Assembly (NCBI GenBank): GCA_965242865.1
Contig: CBDETK010000013.1
Location: 1,312,001-1,376,000 of the forward strand
Length of the DNA stretch: 64,000 bases
Reading direction: 5' to 3'
Source of the DNA: Candidatus Latescibacterota bacterium
GTDB lineage: Bacteria; Latescibacterota; UBA2968; UBA8231
In this document: piece by piece, positions 9,358-19,181 of the stretch
Layout: each line of letters begins with the position of its first letter
Position numbering within the stretch: the stretch's first letter is position 1
Position numbers and translations under genes: made by a program
Notes under the pieces: generated by a model
What the model was told of the DNA's origin: nothing
What the model saw: the letters and a program-made list of their open reading frames with translations, nothing else
Database searches by the model: none

Positions 9358-9989
9358 CAGCGCACCCACCTGAGCACGTCAAACGCCTCGGCGTACTCCA
9401 CCATGATTTGCCCCCCCCTAGTCCGCGCCCAGCTCCAGATAAAATCCTCTTGGGTGTACGGACGGTGCTGTTGCGACTGGTAGCAGCGCAGCGCGGCGAT
9501 TTTGGTCTGGACGTGGGCGCGGGTGAGCACGCAAAAGTGCCGGTAGTCAAAGCTCAAGTTGTTCCACGGCAGCTCGTACCCGAGCACGGTGACCGTCTTG
9601 AAGGCCCGCAGGCCCTCTAGGTGAACGGTCTGGTGATCTTGGTGCAGGTCTTGGGCGCTGGGCAAGAACACGGTTTCTGGGTCAATTTCTCTTTTCATCC
9701 GCACCAGCTCTTCGAGGATTTCTTGGCGTATATGGGGCAAGTGGCGCACCGCGTACTGATAGGTCAGCAGGTTCGCCGCGGGGATCCCCAGCGCCTTGGT
9801 TCCCTCCCGCACCTCCTTTTCTAGAATGTCGGGCGGAAAGGGCGGCGGCACGGACTCGGCCGCCGTGGAAAAGGCCGCGTAGTACACCTCGCGCCCCTCC
9901 TCCACCATCCGGCTAATCGTCCCGCCGCACCCGAGCTCGCCGTCGTCCGTGTGCGGTGCGAGGACCAAAATGCGGTTATTGGCCGGCAC
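9357..9989 (-). CDS. PIG-L/LmbE family deacetylase
   Basis: LAPHTDDGELGCGG and DLHQDH metal-binding motifs. Confidence 0.9.
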   Translation of the reverse strand: MPANNRILVLAPHTDDGELGCGGTISRMVEEGREVYYAAFSTAAESVPPPFPPDILEKEVREGTKALGIPAANLLTYQYAVRHLPHIRQEILEELVRMKREIDPETVFLPSAQDLHQDHQTVHLEGLRAFKTVTVLGYELPWNNLSFDYRHFCVLTRAHVQTKIAALRCYQSQQHRPYTQEDFIWSWARTRGGQIMVEYAEAFDVLRWVR

Positions 9990-11157
9990 GACCCTCTCCT
10001 TCGGCCTCGGCCAATAGTTCGGCCAAGCCGCAGCACACCCTTTCCACGGCCTCGGTGCTCAGGCCCGGAAATATCGGCAGGGTTACCACCTGCGCGAGCG
10101 TGGACTCGGCAACGGGAAAATCCCCCGGGCCATAGCCCAACGCCCGCTGGTAAAACGGCGTCAGGTGGCACGGCGGCCAGTACACGCTGCCCGCTTCGAT
10201 CCCGCGCTCGCGCAACTGGGCAACCACCCATTCGCGCCTCGTTCCGGCGGGCAAGCGCACGGGAAACTTGTAGTACGCGTGGACTCGGCCGGCAAATTCC
10301 GGCAAGAGCACCCCGCCGCATCCCACACGGGCCAGCACGCGCCGATAGTGTGCGGCGAGGCGGTTGCGCTCGGCCGTGTGTGCAGCCAAGCGCGCCAACT
10401 GCCGCAGGCCGAGGGCCGCGCTCAGCTCAGGCAAGCGGTAGTTGTGGCCCAAGCGCTCCAACACGCGGCCCGGCGCGCCCACCCCGTGCGTGCGGAAGCT
10501 CCGCGCAAAGGCCGCCAAATCGCGGTCGTTGGTGCTCAACGCGCCGCCCTCGCCGGTGGTCAGCGGCTTGGTCGGAAAAAAGGAAAAGCCGGCTGCATCC
10601 CCCAAATTCCCGGCCGCCTCGCCGTCGGCCTTGGCACCGTGGGCGTGGGCCGCGTCTTCGAGCAGCAGCAGCCCGCGGGTGCGGCAAAACGAGCGAATGG
10701 CCTCGATGTCGGGCGCAATGAGACCCGCGATGTGGACCGCGACTACGGCCCGCGTCTTCTTGCCGACTTGGGCCTCGATCTGGGGCAGGCCGCTCGACAG
10801 GGTCTGCGGATCGATGTCGCAGAGCACGGGCCGGCCGCCGGCCAACAGCGCGGCGTTGGCCGAGGCAATAAACGTATTCGTCGGCACCACGACCTCCCGC
10901 CCTTCCACCCCCCAATAGCGCAGCGCCACCTCCAACGGCGCGGTCCCCGAGTTCATGCACACGGCGTGGTCCGTGCCCACACCCGCGGCAAACTCCTGCT
11001 CAAACCGCTCCAAGTACGGCCCCATCGTCAGGCGTCCGCTGCGGAGGATTTGGGCAAAGTCTCCCAGCAGCGCGGTCACGTCCTCTTCGGGGATACAGGG
11101 CTTGGTCTGGGGCACTTTGGTCGGCGACGCGGTCAACACCCGTCTCCCTCGGCCCAT
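9976..11157 (-). CDS. DegT/DnrJ/EryC1/StrS sugar aminotransferase
   Basis: NSGTAPL, PTNTFIASA, LEDAAHAHG, FSFFPTKPLTTGEGG; start may be GTG 11139. Confidence 0.92.
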   Translation of the reverse strand: MGRGRRVLTASPTKVPQTKPCIPEEDVTALLGDFAQILRSGRLTMGPYLERFEQEFAAGVGTDHAVCMNSGTAPLEVALRYWGVEGREVVVPTNTFIASANAALLAGGRPVLCDIDPQTLSSGLPQIEAQVGKKTRAVVAVHIAGLIAPDIEAIRSFCRTRGLLLLEDAAHAHGAKADGEAAGNLGDAAGFSFFPTKPLTTGEGGALSTNDRDLAAFARSFRTHGVGAPGRVLERLGHNYRLPELSAALGLRQLARLAAHTAERNRLAAHYRRVLARVGCGGVLLPEFAGRVHAYYKFPVRLPAGTRREWVVAQLRERGIEAGSVYWPPCHLTPFYQRALGYGPGDFPVAESTLAQVVTLPIFPGLSTEAVERVCCGLAELLAEAEGEGRAGQ

Positions 11158-11320
11158 GCACTCTCTGCTAGCACCAATACCTTCACGGCAAAAGCTCCTT
11201 AGCTCTTGAATACACTGCAATATACACAAGTACACAACAAGATGGGTTTTCAGCAAGAGAAAACACGCGGTTGCGCCTTCTTCCTTTGACAAACAGGGCC
11301 TCGCATTTAACTTTTGGAAC

Positions 11321-12445
11321 ATGAGAAACCCCACCCGTGCGGTTCAAATCGGCCGCACGACCATCGGCGGAGGCCACCCCATTGCCGTGCAAAGCATGGC
11401 CGCCACCCGCACCCAAGACACCGAGGCCACCATCGGCCAACTCCGGCTCTTAGCCGCGGCCGGGGCGGACATCATTCGCATTGCCGTCGATAGCAAAAAA
11501 GACGTGGAGGCCCTCGCCCAAATCGCGCCGACTGTTGACGTGCCTCTGTCCGTGGATCTGCAAGAAAACTACCGATTGGTCCGCAGCGTGGCCCCGCACG
11601 TGGAGAAAATACGCTACAACCCCGGGCACCTCTATCACCACGAAAAGGACAAGCCGGTCGCCGACAAGGTCGCCTTTATTGCGGACGAGGCCGCCAAGCA
11701 CGATTGCGCCCTGCGCGTGGGCGTCAACTGCGGCTCGGTCGATCCGGCCCAAGCCGAGCGCTTTCCAGCCGGCGACTCCATTTCGCCGATGATTGCCTCG
11801 GCCTTAGAGCACTGCGAGCGGCTCGACGCGCTGGGCTTTCACCGCTACTGCGTCTCGCTCAAGGACTCCGATCCGGCCAAGGTCATTGCCGCCAACACCC
11901 GCTTTGCCCACGAGCGGCCCGATGTGCCGCTGCACCTCGGCGTCACCGAGGCCGGGATGCCCCCCGAAGGCGTGATCAAGACCCGCATTGCCTTTGAACA
12001 GCTCATCAGCGCCGGCATTGGCGACACCATTCGCGTCTCCCTGACCTTGCCGTTTGACGACAAGGGCGAAGAGGTCAACGTCGGGCGGCAGATTCTCGAC
12101 GACATTTATTCGGGCCGCTTCCGCTCCGTCCCCCAGTCGCTCCCGACCGGGCTGAACATCATCTCCTGCCCCTCCTGCTCGCGGGTAGAAAACGAAGCCT
12201 TTATTGACCTAGCGCACCAAGTGCGCGCCCTAACCGAGTACGCCCGCGATCACCAGATCACCATCGCCGTCATGGGCTGCCGGGTCAACGGCCCGGGCGA
12301 GACCGACGCCGCCGACCTAGGGCTTTGGTGCGCCCCCAACTTCGTCAACCTCAAGCGCGGCCCCCAACTCATCGGCCAGTTCTCGTATAACGAGGTCCTC
12401 GGCGTGCTCAAAGAACAAGTTGACGAGCTCATTGCCGCGGGCTAG
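11321..12445 (+). CDS. ispG: HMBPP synthase (MEP pathway)
   Basis: [60 protein letters not shown]. Confidence 0.96.
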   Translation: MRNPTRAVQIGRTTIGGGHPIAVQSMAATRTQDTEATIGQLRLLAAAGADIIRIAVDSKKDVEALAQIAPTVDVPLSVDLQENYRLVRSVAPHVEKIRYNPGHLYHHEKDKPVADKVAFIADEAAKHDCALRVGVNCGSVDPAQAERFPAGDSISPMIASALEHCERLDALGFHRYCVSLKDSDPAKVIAANTRFAHERPDVPLHLGVTEAGMPPEGVIKTRIAFEQLISAGIGDTIRVSLTLPFDDKGEEVNVGRQILDDIYSGRFRSVPQSLPTGLNIISCPSCSRVENEAFIDLAHQVRALTEYARDHQITIAVMGCRVNGPGETDAADLGLWCAPNFVNLKRGPQLIGQFSYNEVLGVLKEQVDELIAAG

Positions 12446-12473
12446 GTGCTTCGCAGGAAACGTTAGAGAACCA

Positions 12474-12710
12474 ATGCCGACGGTGTTGAGAGAAGGGCCG
12501 TATCGCTTCTTCTTTTATGCAAGTGATCGCACCGAACCTCAGCACGTGCATGTAGAACGCGACGACCGAGTCGCCAAGTTCTGGCTGGACCCGGTGAGGC
12601 TACAAAGGAGCGGAGGGCTGGTGCGCTCAGAGATCCGTCAGATTGCAAGGATAATTGAGGAAAATCAAACGATTCTTATGGAGGCATGGGATGGATATTT
12701 TGACCGTTGA
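12474..12710 (+). CDS. DUF4160 family protein (DhiT-like)
   Basis: MPTVLREGPYRFFFYASDRTEPQHVHVERDDRVAKFWLDP. Confidence 0.88.
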   Translation: MPTVLREGPYRFFFYASDRTEPQHVHVERDDRVAKFWLDPVRLQRSGGLVRSEIRQIARIIEENQTILMEAWDGYFDR

Positions 12711-12999
12711 CTTGAAGGTGCCGGAAGTTGAGCGCGTGGAAGTTACCGACGACGCTCTAATGGCCGATCTTTCCGATGGGCGGACCATCTCCGTTCCGTT
12801 GGCTTGGTATCCTAGGCTAGTGCATGCGACGCCGGCAGAAAGGCGCAACTGGCGGCTTATCGGTGTGGGCCAAGGAATCCACTGGCCCGATCTAGACGAG
12901 GATATCAGCATAGAGGGCTTGCTTGCGGGTAGGCCCTCCGGGGAAAGCCAAAAGTCCTTGAAGCGGTGGTTAGAAGCGAGGCAGACAAGGTTGCGGTGA
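12691..12999 (+). CDS. DUF2442 family protein (DhiA-like)
   Basis: LSDGRTISVPLAWYPRLVHATPAER...GIHWPDLDEDISIEGLL; overlaps the DUF4160 gene. Confidence 0.9.
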   Translation: MDILTVDLKVPEVERVEVTDDALMADLSDGRTISVPLAWYPRLVHATPAERRNWRLIGVGQGIHWPDLDEDISIEGLLAGRPSGESQKSLKRWLEARQTRLR

Positions 13000-13100
13000 A
13001 AGTGAACCGCAAACCTCCGTCGCCTTAGTCGAGGTGTAAAACTCGCTGCCGTCCGCCCCTTAGCCCTCAAACCCAATGGCATTCACAGGCTAGGTATTCT

Positions 13101-13844
13101 ATGCAAAATCCCATCAAAGTACAACTCGCCGCCGGGCAGCCCTCCATCGGCTCTTGGCTCAACCTAACCTCGCCGCTGGCCGCCGAAGTCATGGCCACGG
13201 CTGGCTTCCAATGGCTGGTGGTCGATGCCGAGCACTCGGCTTTTGACCTCGGCCACATCGCCCACACCTTCCGCGCTATTGAGGCCCGGGGGGCCCTGCC
13301 CTTGGCCCGCGCTTGGGACCACGATCCCACCACGGCCGCTCGCCTGCTCGATGCCGGGGCTTGGGGCTTAGTCTTTCCACACGTCAGCACCCCAGAGCAA
13401 GCCGAGAAGCTGGCCCAAGCCGTGCGCTATCCACCGCGCGGCACTCGGTCGGTCGGCACGGGCCGTTGCGTCACATTGGCCCCGGACTACCGCCAGCGTT
13501 TTGACGACGCCGTCCTCTGCATCCCCCAGATCGAGGATATGGAGGGCATTGAAAACGCCTCGGCCATCGCCCGCGTCGAAGGCGTTGATATTGGCCTCCT
13601 CGGGCCGGGCGACTTGGCCATGTCTATGGGCGTCGCGGCCGGTCACCCCGACCACGAGGCCGCCTTACAGGCTTTTCGCGCCGGCTGTGCCCACGCCGGC
13701 AAACCCAGCGGCATCCCGGTCAAGGACCCGGCCGAAGTCAAACGGCGCGTCGCCGAAGGCTTCCAGTTTATCGACCTCAGCAACGACATGCGGTTTTTGG
13801 AAGCCACAGCGCAAGCCGCGTACCGCGAGGCGACCGCTCAATGA
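13101..13844 (+). CDS. HpcH/HpaI 2-keto-3-deoxy sugar-acid aldolase
   Basis: WLVVDAEHS, RYPPRGTRS, QIED, GPGDL. Confidence 0.9.
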   Translation: MQNPIKVQLAAGQPSIGSWLNLTSPLAAEVMATAGFQWLVVDAEHSAFDLGHIAHTFRAIEARGALPLARAWDHDPTTAARLLDAGAWGLVFPHVSTPEQAEKLAQAVRYPPRGTRSVGTGRCVTLAPDYRQRFDDAVLCIPQIEDMEGIENASAIARVEGVDIGLLGPGDLAMSMGVAAGHPDHEAALQAFRAGCAHAGKPSGIPVKDPAEVKRRVAEGFQFIDLSNDMRFLEATAQAAYREATAQ

Positions 13845-13860
13845 ACATCCTCACAGGCTC

Positions 13861-14916
13861 ATGGCAGGCGTAAGGGTGCTCAATGCACTCGTCCCCAACG
13901 AGATATACCACGGCGACTCGCGGCAGCTTCTAAAGAAAATTGAGCGAGAATCCATCGCCCTGAGTATATGGTCGCCGCCCTATTACGTCGGCAAAGAATA
14001 TGAACGAGATTTGTCTTTTACTGATTGGCAGTAACTTTTGCACACGGTGATTAAACTGCACTTTCCCATCATTAAGCCGGGCGGCTTTTTGGTGATAAAC
14101 ATCGCCGATATACTGTGTTTCAAAGACGAGAGCATGCCGAAAATCATGGCCGAAAACGTCTCGCGCAGAAAAATCGCCCTGACAAAAGAGAACATTCTTG
14201 AGGTTAAACAACAGTACCCCGACTGGAACCGATACCAACTCGCGGCACACTTCGGATGCAGCGAACAAACCATTGACCGGCGGCTCAACGGCAATAACAT
14301 CCGCGGCGGCAAGTACCAGCTCCAAACGAGGGTTTATCTAGTGGGCGGCCTAATAGAATCATCCGCAACCGACGCTGGCTTTTATTTGTACGATCGGTGC
14401 TTATGGGTAAAAGACGCCGCTTGGGAAAATTCGCGCTGGCACACCATATCGTACCGCTCGGTAGATGAGTCCGAATACCTATACATCTTTTGGAAACCGG
14501 GTATAACAAAAGTGGATAGATCGCGGCTGACAAAAAGCGAATGGGTGGATTGGGGTTCACGAGGGGTTTGGGAAATCCCCTCCGTCCGCAGCAACTCAGA
14601 CCACGATTCCAAGTTCCCCATCGAATTGCCGCGGCGAGCGATCAAGCTGTTTACGGAGCCAGACGACATCGTTCTCGACTGCTTTGTCGGCAGCGGCACG
14701 ACGGCCTTGGCCGCCCTGAGCGAAGGAAGGCGTTACATCGGCATCGACAAAGAAGAGCAGTCGGTGGCGATTGCAAACGCCGCGCTCCAATCGCTCAACA
14801 CCTACCAAAAAGGTCCCGAGCAAATGGAGTTTATGCTGCGGGACTTAGAGGCGTTCTATGGCAGTCCTACATCCTTCAAGACTGGTTCCCGCGTTCGCGG
14901 GAATGACGCCTCCTAG
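13861..14916 (+). pseudogene. Orphan beta-class DNA methyltransferase (N4C/N6A) with an in-frame TAA at 14032-14034
   Basis: IYHGDS...WSPPY...DWQ*LLHTVIK continues in frame to HDSKFPIELPRRAIKLFTEPDDIVLDCFVGSGTT. Confidence 0.88.
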
Positions 14917-14974
14917 GCAAAAAAGACCGTGCGGATCAACATTCCATGCTTTCGAGTCATTTAGGACGGCTATA
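14860..14974 (-). repeat. MITE/REP-like element family 1, copy A
   Basis: Reverse complement reads tatagccgtcctaaatgactcgaaagcatggaatgttgatc...gtcattcccgcgaacgcgggaaccag; homologous to 21075-21188 and 48724-48861. Confidence 0.85.
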
Positions 14975-14983
14975 GTACGCGCA

Positions 14984-15844
14984 ATGAACATCCTCAATTT
15001 CGGCTCGCTCAACATCGACCTCGTGTACCAAGTTGAGCATATCGCTCGCCCAGGCGAGACCATCGCCAGCTCGGCCCACCAAGTCTTTGCCGGCGGCAAG
15101 GGCGCGAATCAATCCGCCGCGCTGGCCCGCGCCGGTGCGAAAGTCTTTCACGCCGGCCAAGTCGGGCCAGACGGGGCATGGGTCGTCGATAAATTGGCCG
15201 GGCTGGGCGTGGATGTGCAGCACATCCGCGTTGGCGACGCACCGACCGGTCACGCCATTATCCAAGTGGACCGCCAAGGGCAAAACAGCATCGTCCTGTT
15301 TGCCGGAGCCAATGCCCAAGTAGAACGAGAGGCCATAGACACCGCGCTAGCCCATTTTGGCTGCGGGGATATGCTCCTCTTGCAAAACGAGATAAACGAC
15401 GTGGCTTACATCCTCACTGCTGCGGCCGAGCAGGGCCTGACGATCTGCTTAAACCCCGCGCCCTTTGGCCCAGAGGTCGGTGCGTATCCCCTCGAACTAG
15501 TCAATTTGCTCATCGTCAACGAAATCGAAGCGGCTGGACTGGTCGGCGCATCTACGCTTGATGCCCTAGCCGCACGCTGTCCCCGCGCCCAGATCGCGCT
15601 CACGCTGGGCACCGCTGGTGCTCAGTATCGCTCCGCAACCGAGGAATTCCACCTGCCGGCCCCGCCCGTCGAAGCCATCGACACGACCGGGGCGGGCGAC
15701 ACCTTCATCGGCTATTTTCTCCAGGGCCTGACCGCCGACCTGACGGCGCGCGACGCCATGGCCCGAGCAGTGCAGGCCGCGGCCTTGTGCGTCACTCGCC
15801 CGGGGGCCATGGATTCAATTCCAGCCGCAGCCGAACTCCCTTAA
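14984..15844 (+). CDS. rbsK: Ribokinase (PfkB family)
   Basis: MNILNFGSLNIDLV, GGKGANQ, LLLQNE, DTTGAGDTFIG. Confidence 0.85.
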   Translation: MNILNFGSLNIDLVYQVEHIARPGETIASSAHQVFAGGKGANQSAALARAGAKVFHAGQVGPDGAWVVDKLAGLGVDVQHIRVGDAPTGHAIIQVDRQGQNSIVLFAGANAQVEREAIDTALAHFGCGDMLLLQNEINDVAYILTAAAEQGLTICLNPAPFGPEVGAYPLELVNLLIVNEIEAAGLVGASTLDALAARCPRAQIALTLGTAGAQYRSATEEFHLPAPPVEAIDTTGAGDTFIGYFLQGLTADLTARDAMARAVQAAALCVTRPGAMDSIPAAAELP

Positions 15845-15860
15845 TCAAAAAGGAATACCC

Positions 15861-16844
15861 ATGCCCAACATCATGCTCTCCGCCCAGTTCCAAAACGCCG
15901 AATTCGCCTCCAGCCAGCGCGAACAGGGCCTCGAACACCTCCGCTCGCTGGGCACCCTCATCCCGGAGCCGGCCGTGCTCACCGCCGAACACGCCCCAGA
16001 CCTGATCGCCTCTATCGCCAGTTCATCCGTCTATACGGACGAATTTTACGCGGCCGCCGAAAATTTGCGTATCGTCGCCCGCTGGGGCGTTGGTTTCGAC
16101 AAGGTCAATGTCCCGGGTGCTACGCGGCACGGGGTGATCATCACGGTGACTCCGGTTCACATGGACGCGGTCGCCGAATACGCCATTGCCCAGTGGATGG
16201 CCACCCTCAAGCGGGTCTATACCCTCAATCATCTCTCCCACCGGGGCGATTTCTCCATCATCCGCACCTATGAGGCCCAACACACCACCCTCGGCCTGTA
16301 CGGTTGCGGGCGCATCGGCCAAGAGGTGGCCCAACGCGCCGTGCCCCTTTTGGGTGCTGGCGGACGCTTACTCGTCTATGACACCCGCCCAGACATCGCC
16401 GACATTGCCGCCCAATACGGAGCCGACATCGCCGACTCCCCCCAAACGCTCTTCCGCGAGAGCGACACGGTCTCGCTCCACGTCTCGGGCGACGCGACCA
16501 TCGTCCACTACGACCTGCTTCGCCTGATGCAGCCCCACGCCTCCCTGATCAATCCCTCGCGGGGCAATCTCGTCAACGACGCGGACGTCCACCGCGCCAT
16601 TGAGGAAGAGAAGCTCTATTACTACGTGGTTGACGATCCAGTCAACGACACCCGCGCCATCCACAAGGGGCACCCGCGCATTATCTGCACCAACCACAAC
16701 GCCGGCATTACGGTCGAATCCACCATGCGTCTCGACGCCAAGAGCATTGAGCAAGTCGAGGCCGCCATCACCGGCCGGCGGCCCGAGCACATCCTCAATC
16801 CAGCGGTCCTCGACCATCCCCGGGTCCAAGGGTGGCTGCAATGA
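15861..16844 (+). CDS. D-isomer-specific 2-hydroxyacid dehydrogenase
   Basis: RWGVGFDKV, GLYGCGRIG, LINPSRG, HNAG. Confidence 0.85.
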   Translation: MPNIMLSAQFQNAEFASSQREQGLEHLRSLGTLIPEPAVLTAEHAPDLIASIASSSVYTDEFYAAAENLRIVARWGVGFDKVNVPGATRHGVIITVTPVHMDAVAEYAIAQWMATLKRVYTLNHLSHRGDFSIIRTYEAQHTTLGLYGCGRIGQEVAQRAVPLLGAGGRLLVYDTRPDIADIAAQYGADIADSPQTLFRESDTVSLHVSGDATIVHYDLLRLMQPHASLINPSRGNLVNDADVHRAIEEEKLYYYVVDDPVNDTRAIHKGHPRIICTNHNAGITVESTMRLDAKSIEQVEAAITGRRPEHILNPAVLDHPRVQGWLQ

Positions 16845-17971
16845 AAATAACCCGCTTCGCCGTCACGCCGCTCAACAATCGCGGCCTCTTACTGCAAGTC
16901 GAGACCGACGTCGGTCTCACCGGCTTGGGCGCGCCCATGAACTACGAACACGGTCGCACGGTGGAGCGGGCCATCCTCGACATGGGCGATTACCTCATGG
17001 GCCGCGACCCCCTGCAAATCGAAGACCACTGGCAGACCCTCTACCGCTCCAGCTATTCCCGCCAGATGCCGATCCTGTTGGCGGCTCTCAGCGGCATCGA
17101 AATGGCCTGCCTAGACCTATTGGGCAAAACCGCGGGCTTGCCCGTGTGGCAGCTATTGGGCGGAGCGGTGCGCGAGCGAATCCGCGTCTATGGAGCAGCC
17201 GGAGGCACCACCCCAGAGCAAGCCGCTCAGGCCGCTCGCCAGCGCGTCGCCGAAGGCTTTACCGCGCTCAAAACCACCCCTTTCCCCGACCCGGTGCGTC
17301 CCATTGAGACCCCGGCCGGGATCGAGCGGGTTGTGTCCCGGATTGCGGCCATGCGCGAAGCCATCGGCCCGGGCATTGACCTCGCCATCGACTTCCACCG
17401 CGCCACCAGCCCGGCACTGGCCAAGGTGCTCTTGCGCGAACTCGAGCCCCTAAAGCCGCTCTTTGTGGAGGAGCCGACCCGTTCCACCGACAACATCGGT
17501 CCCTTGTTGGAACTGACGCGCTCGACCTCCATCCCCATCGCCACGGGCGAGCGTTGCGCCACCCGCTGGGGCTTCCGCGAATTGTGCGAGCGCAAGGCCG
17601 CGGCCATCATCCAGCCCGATATACGCCACTGCGGCGGCCTGCTCGAAATGAAGAAAATTGCCGCCTTAGCCGAAGTCCACGAGCTCGCGGTCGCGCCCCA
17701 CAACGCCGCTGACCCCCTCGGCATCGTCGCCTCCGTCCACGCGATGGCCGGCACGCCCAACTTCCTCATCATGGAATACGGCGGCGGGGGCGGCGAAGGG
17801 TTTTTCACCGCCCCGTTGCAAATGAAGGATGGGTTTGTGGAATTGCCGCGCAGGCCGGGGCTGGGCGTGGAGATCGATCCAGCAAGGTTAGCGGCGGCCA
17901 CTCACCGCGGCCCGTGGCGGCAACGGACGATGCGCCGCCACCCCGAGGACGGCGCATTCGCGGATTTTTAG
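16841..17971 (+). CDS. Galactonate dehydratase-like enolase superfamily enzyme
   Basis: SGIEMACLDLLGK, IDFH, FVEEP, ATGER, QPD, APHN. Confidence 0.85.
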   Translation: MKITRFAVTPLNNRGLLLQVETDVGLTGLGAPMNYEHGRTVERAILDMGDYLMGRDPLQIEDHWQTLYRSSYSRQMPILLAALSGIEMACLDLLGKTAGLPVWQLLGGAVRERIRVYGAAGGTTPEQAAQAARQRVAEGFTALKTTPFPDPVRPIETPAGIERVVSRIAAMREAIGPGIDLAIDFHRATSPALAKVLLRELEPLKPLFVEEPTRSTDNIGPLLELTRSTSIPIATGERCATRWGFRELCERKAAAIIQPDIRHCGGLLEMKKIAALAEVHELAVAPHNAADPLGIVASVHAMAGTPNFLIMEYGGGGGEGFFTAPLQMKDGFVELPRRPGLGVEIDPARLAAATHRGPWRQRTMRRHPEDGAFADF

Positions 17972-18034
17972 TTGACCGCGCTATGTACAAAAAAGAACCT
18001 CCGAGCAACACACCTATTCGCTGGAGGATGGGTA

Positions 18035-18253
18035 ATGGACGACAAAAAAACCACCGATGCCGTAGAAATCCTTCATAGGCACTATGTTGAAGGCGATTCA
18101 GAAATGGAAGCTCTAATACAAGAAGAACGGATATGCGCCAAAGTCGCTGCTGAACTTTATCAACTCAGAACTCAACTTGGCCTATCCCAACGGGCATTGG
18201 CAAAAAAGAGCGGTACGTCAGCATCTGTGGTATGTAAAGGAAGCTCTGATTAA
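18035..18253 (+). pseudogene. XRE/HigA-type HTH antitoxin truncated by an IS5 end
   Basis: TTDAVEILHRHY...LYQLRTQLGLSQRALAKKSGTSASVVC then runs into the IS terminus at 18239. Confidence 0.75.
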
Positions 18254-19181
18254 GTCTCATTTTAGAAGGCTTGTATCTTCTGTTTGTTTTTGTTGGATTC
18301 CACTCTGTCAAAAAGGCTCTATTTCGCGGTAATTTTTTGCTCTTTGTTTCCTCGCTATCGATTCGGGACGGATTCGTCCCTAGGCTGCCCGAAGTGGTCT
18401 ACGGACGAGGTATAAGTTGGCTAGCGCAAACAAGGTAACGAGTTGAGCGGCATTGTTGGCCAAACCTCGATAGCGTACCGTGCGATAGCCCCAGCGGTGC
18501 TTGATGATGCCAAAGACATGTTCGACCCGGGCTCGGACGCGGTGGCTCTTGCGGTTAAACGAGCGGTCGGCACAGGTTAGTTTTCGATAGCGGGTGGCCT
18601 TGCGATGGACCCGCCACTCGATGCCTTGGGCTTCGGCCTCTTGCTGGCGTTGGGCATCGGCATCGGCTTTGTCGCCATAGATAACCTGTTCGTCGCCATG
18701 CAACCAGTCGGCCATGACTTGCGAATCATGGACTGAAGCCGAGGTCACTACCACGCGATGCACCCGTCCATGCGGATCACGGCCAATATGTGCTTTGAGG
18801 CCAAAGTGCCACGTCGTCCCCTTCTTCGTAGATCCCATCTCCGGATCCCAGGCGCGATCCCGATTCTGGGTCGAAGTCGGGATTTGTAGATCGTCGTCTC
18901 ATCGGGAATGTCGTCCAACGACACCCCCGCAAAACGCCACATCGATTCCATATCATACAGCCTATCCTCCATCGCCGGATCACTCAGATTATACCCTTGT
19001 TACATGAAGTAAATACGCAACATCACGGCTGCCGCCATCGGACGACGATCCCGGCCGGGTTTCGGATACTTCTGCAAAATGGGTTGCAGAAGGCAATCCC
19101 AAGGCACTTGTCCATTAAAATCTTATAAATCTCTTCAATGTTCATCGAACGCAAATCGAGATATCCGACGGTCGGTGAAAC
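18239..19181 (-). mobile_element. Degenerate IS5-family insertion sequence remnant
   Basis: Terminus ggaagctctgattaag resembles IS5 IRs. Transposase fragments VPWDCLLQPILQKYPKPG...MLRIYFM*QGYNLSDPAMED...IPDETTI and DPEMGSTKKGTTWHFGLKAHIG...RARVEHVF...RYRGL, with a stop, a frameshift and an internal deletion. The right boundary is approximate. Confidence 0.9.
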
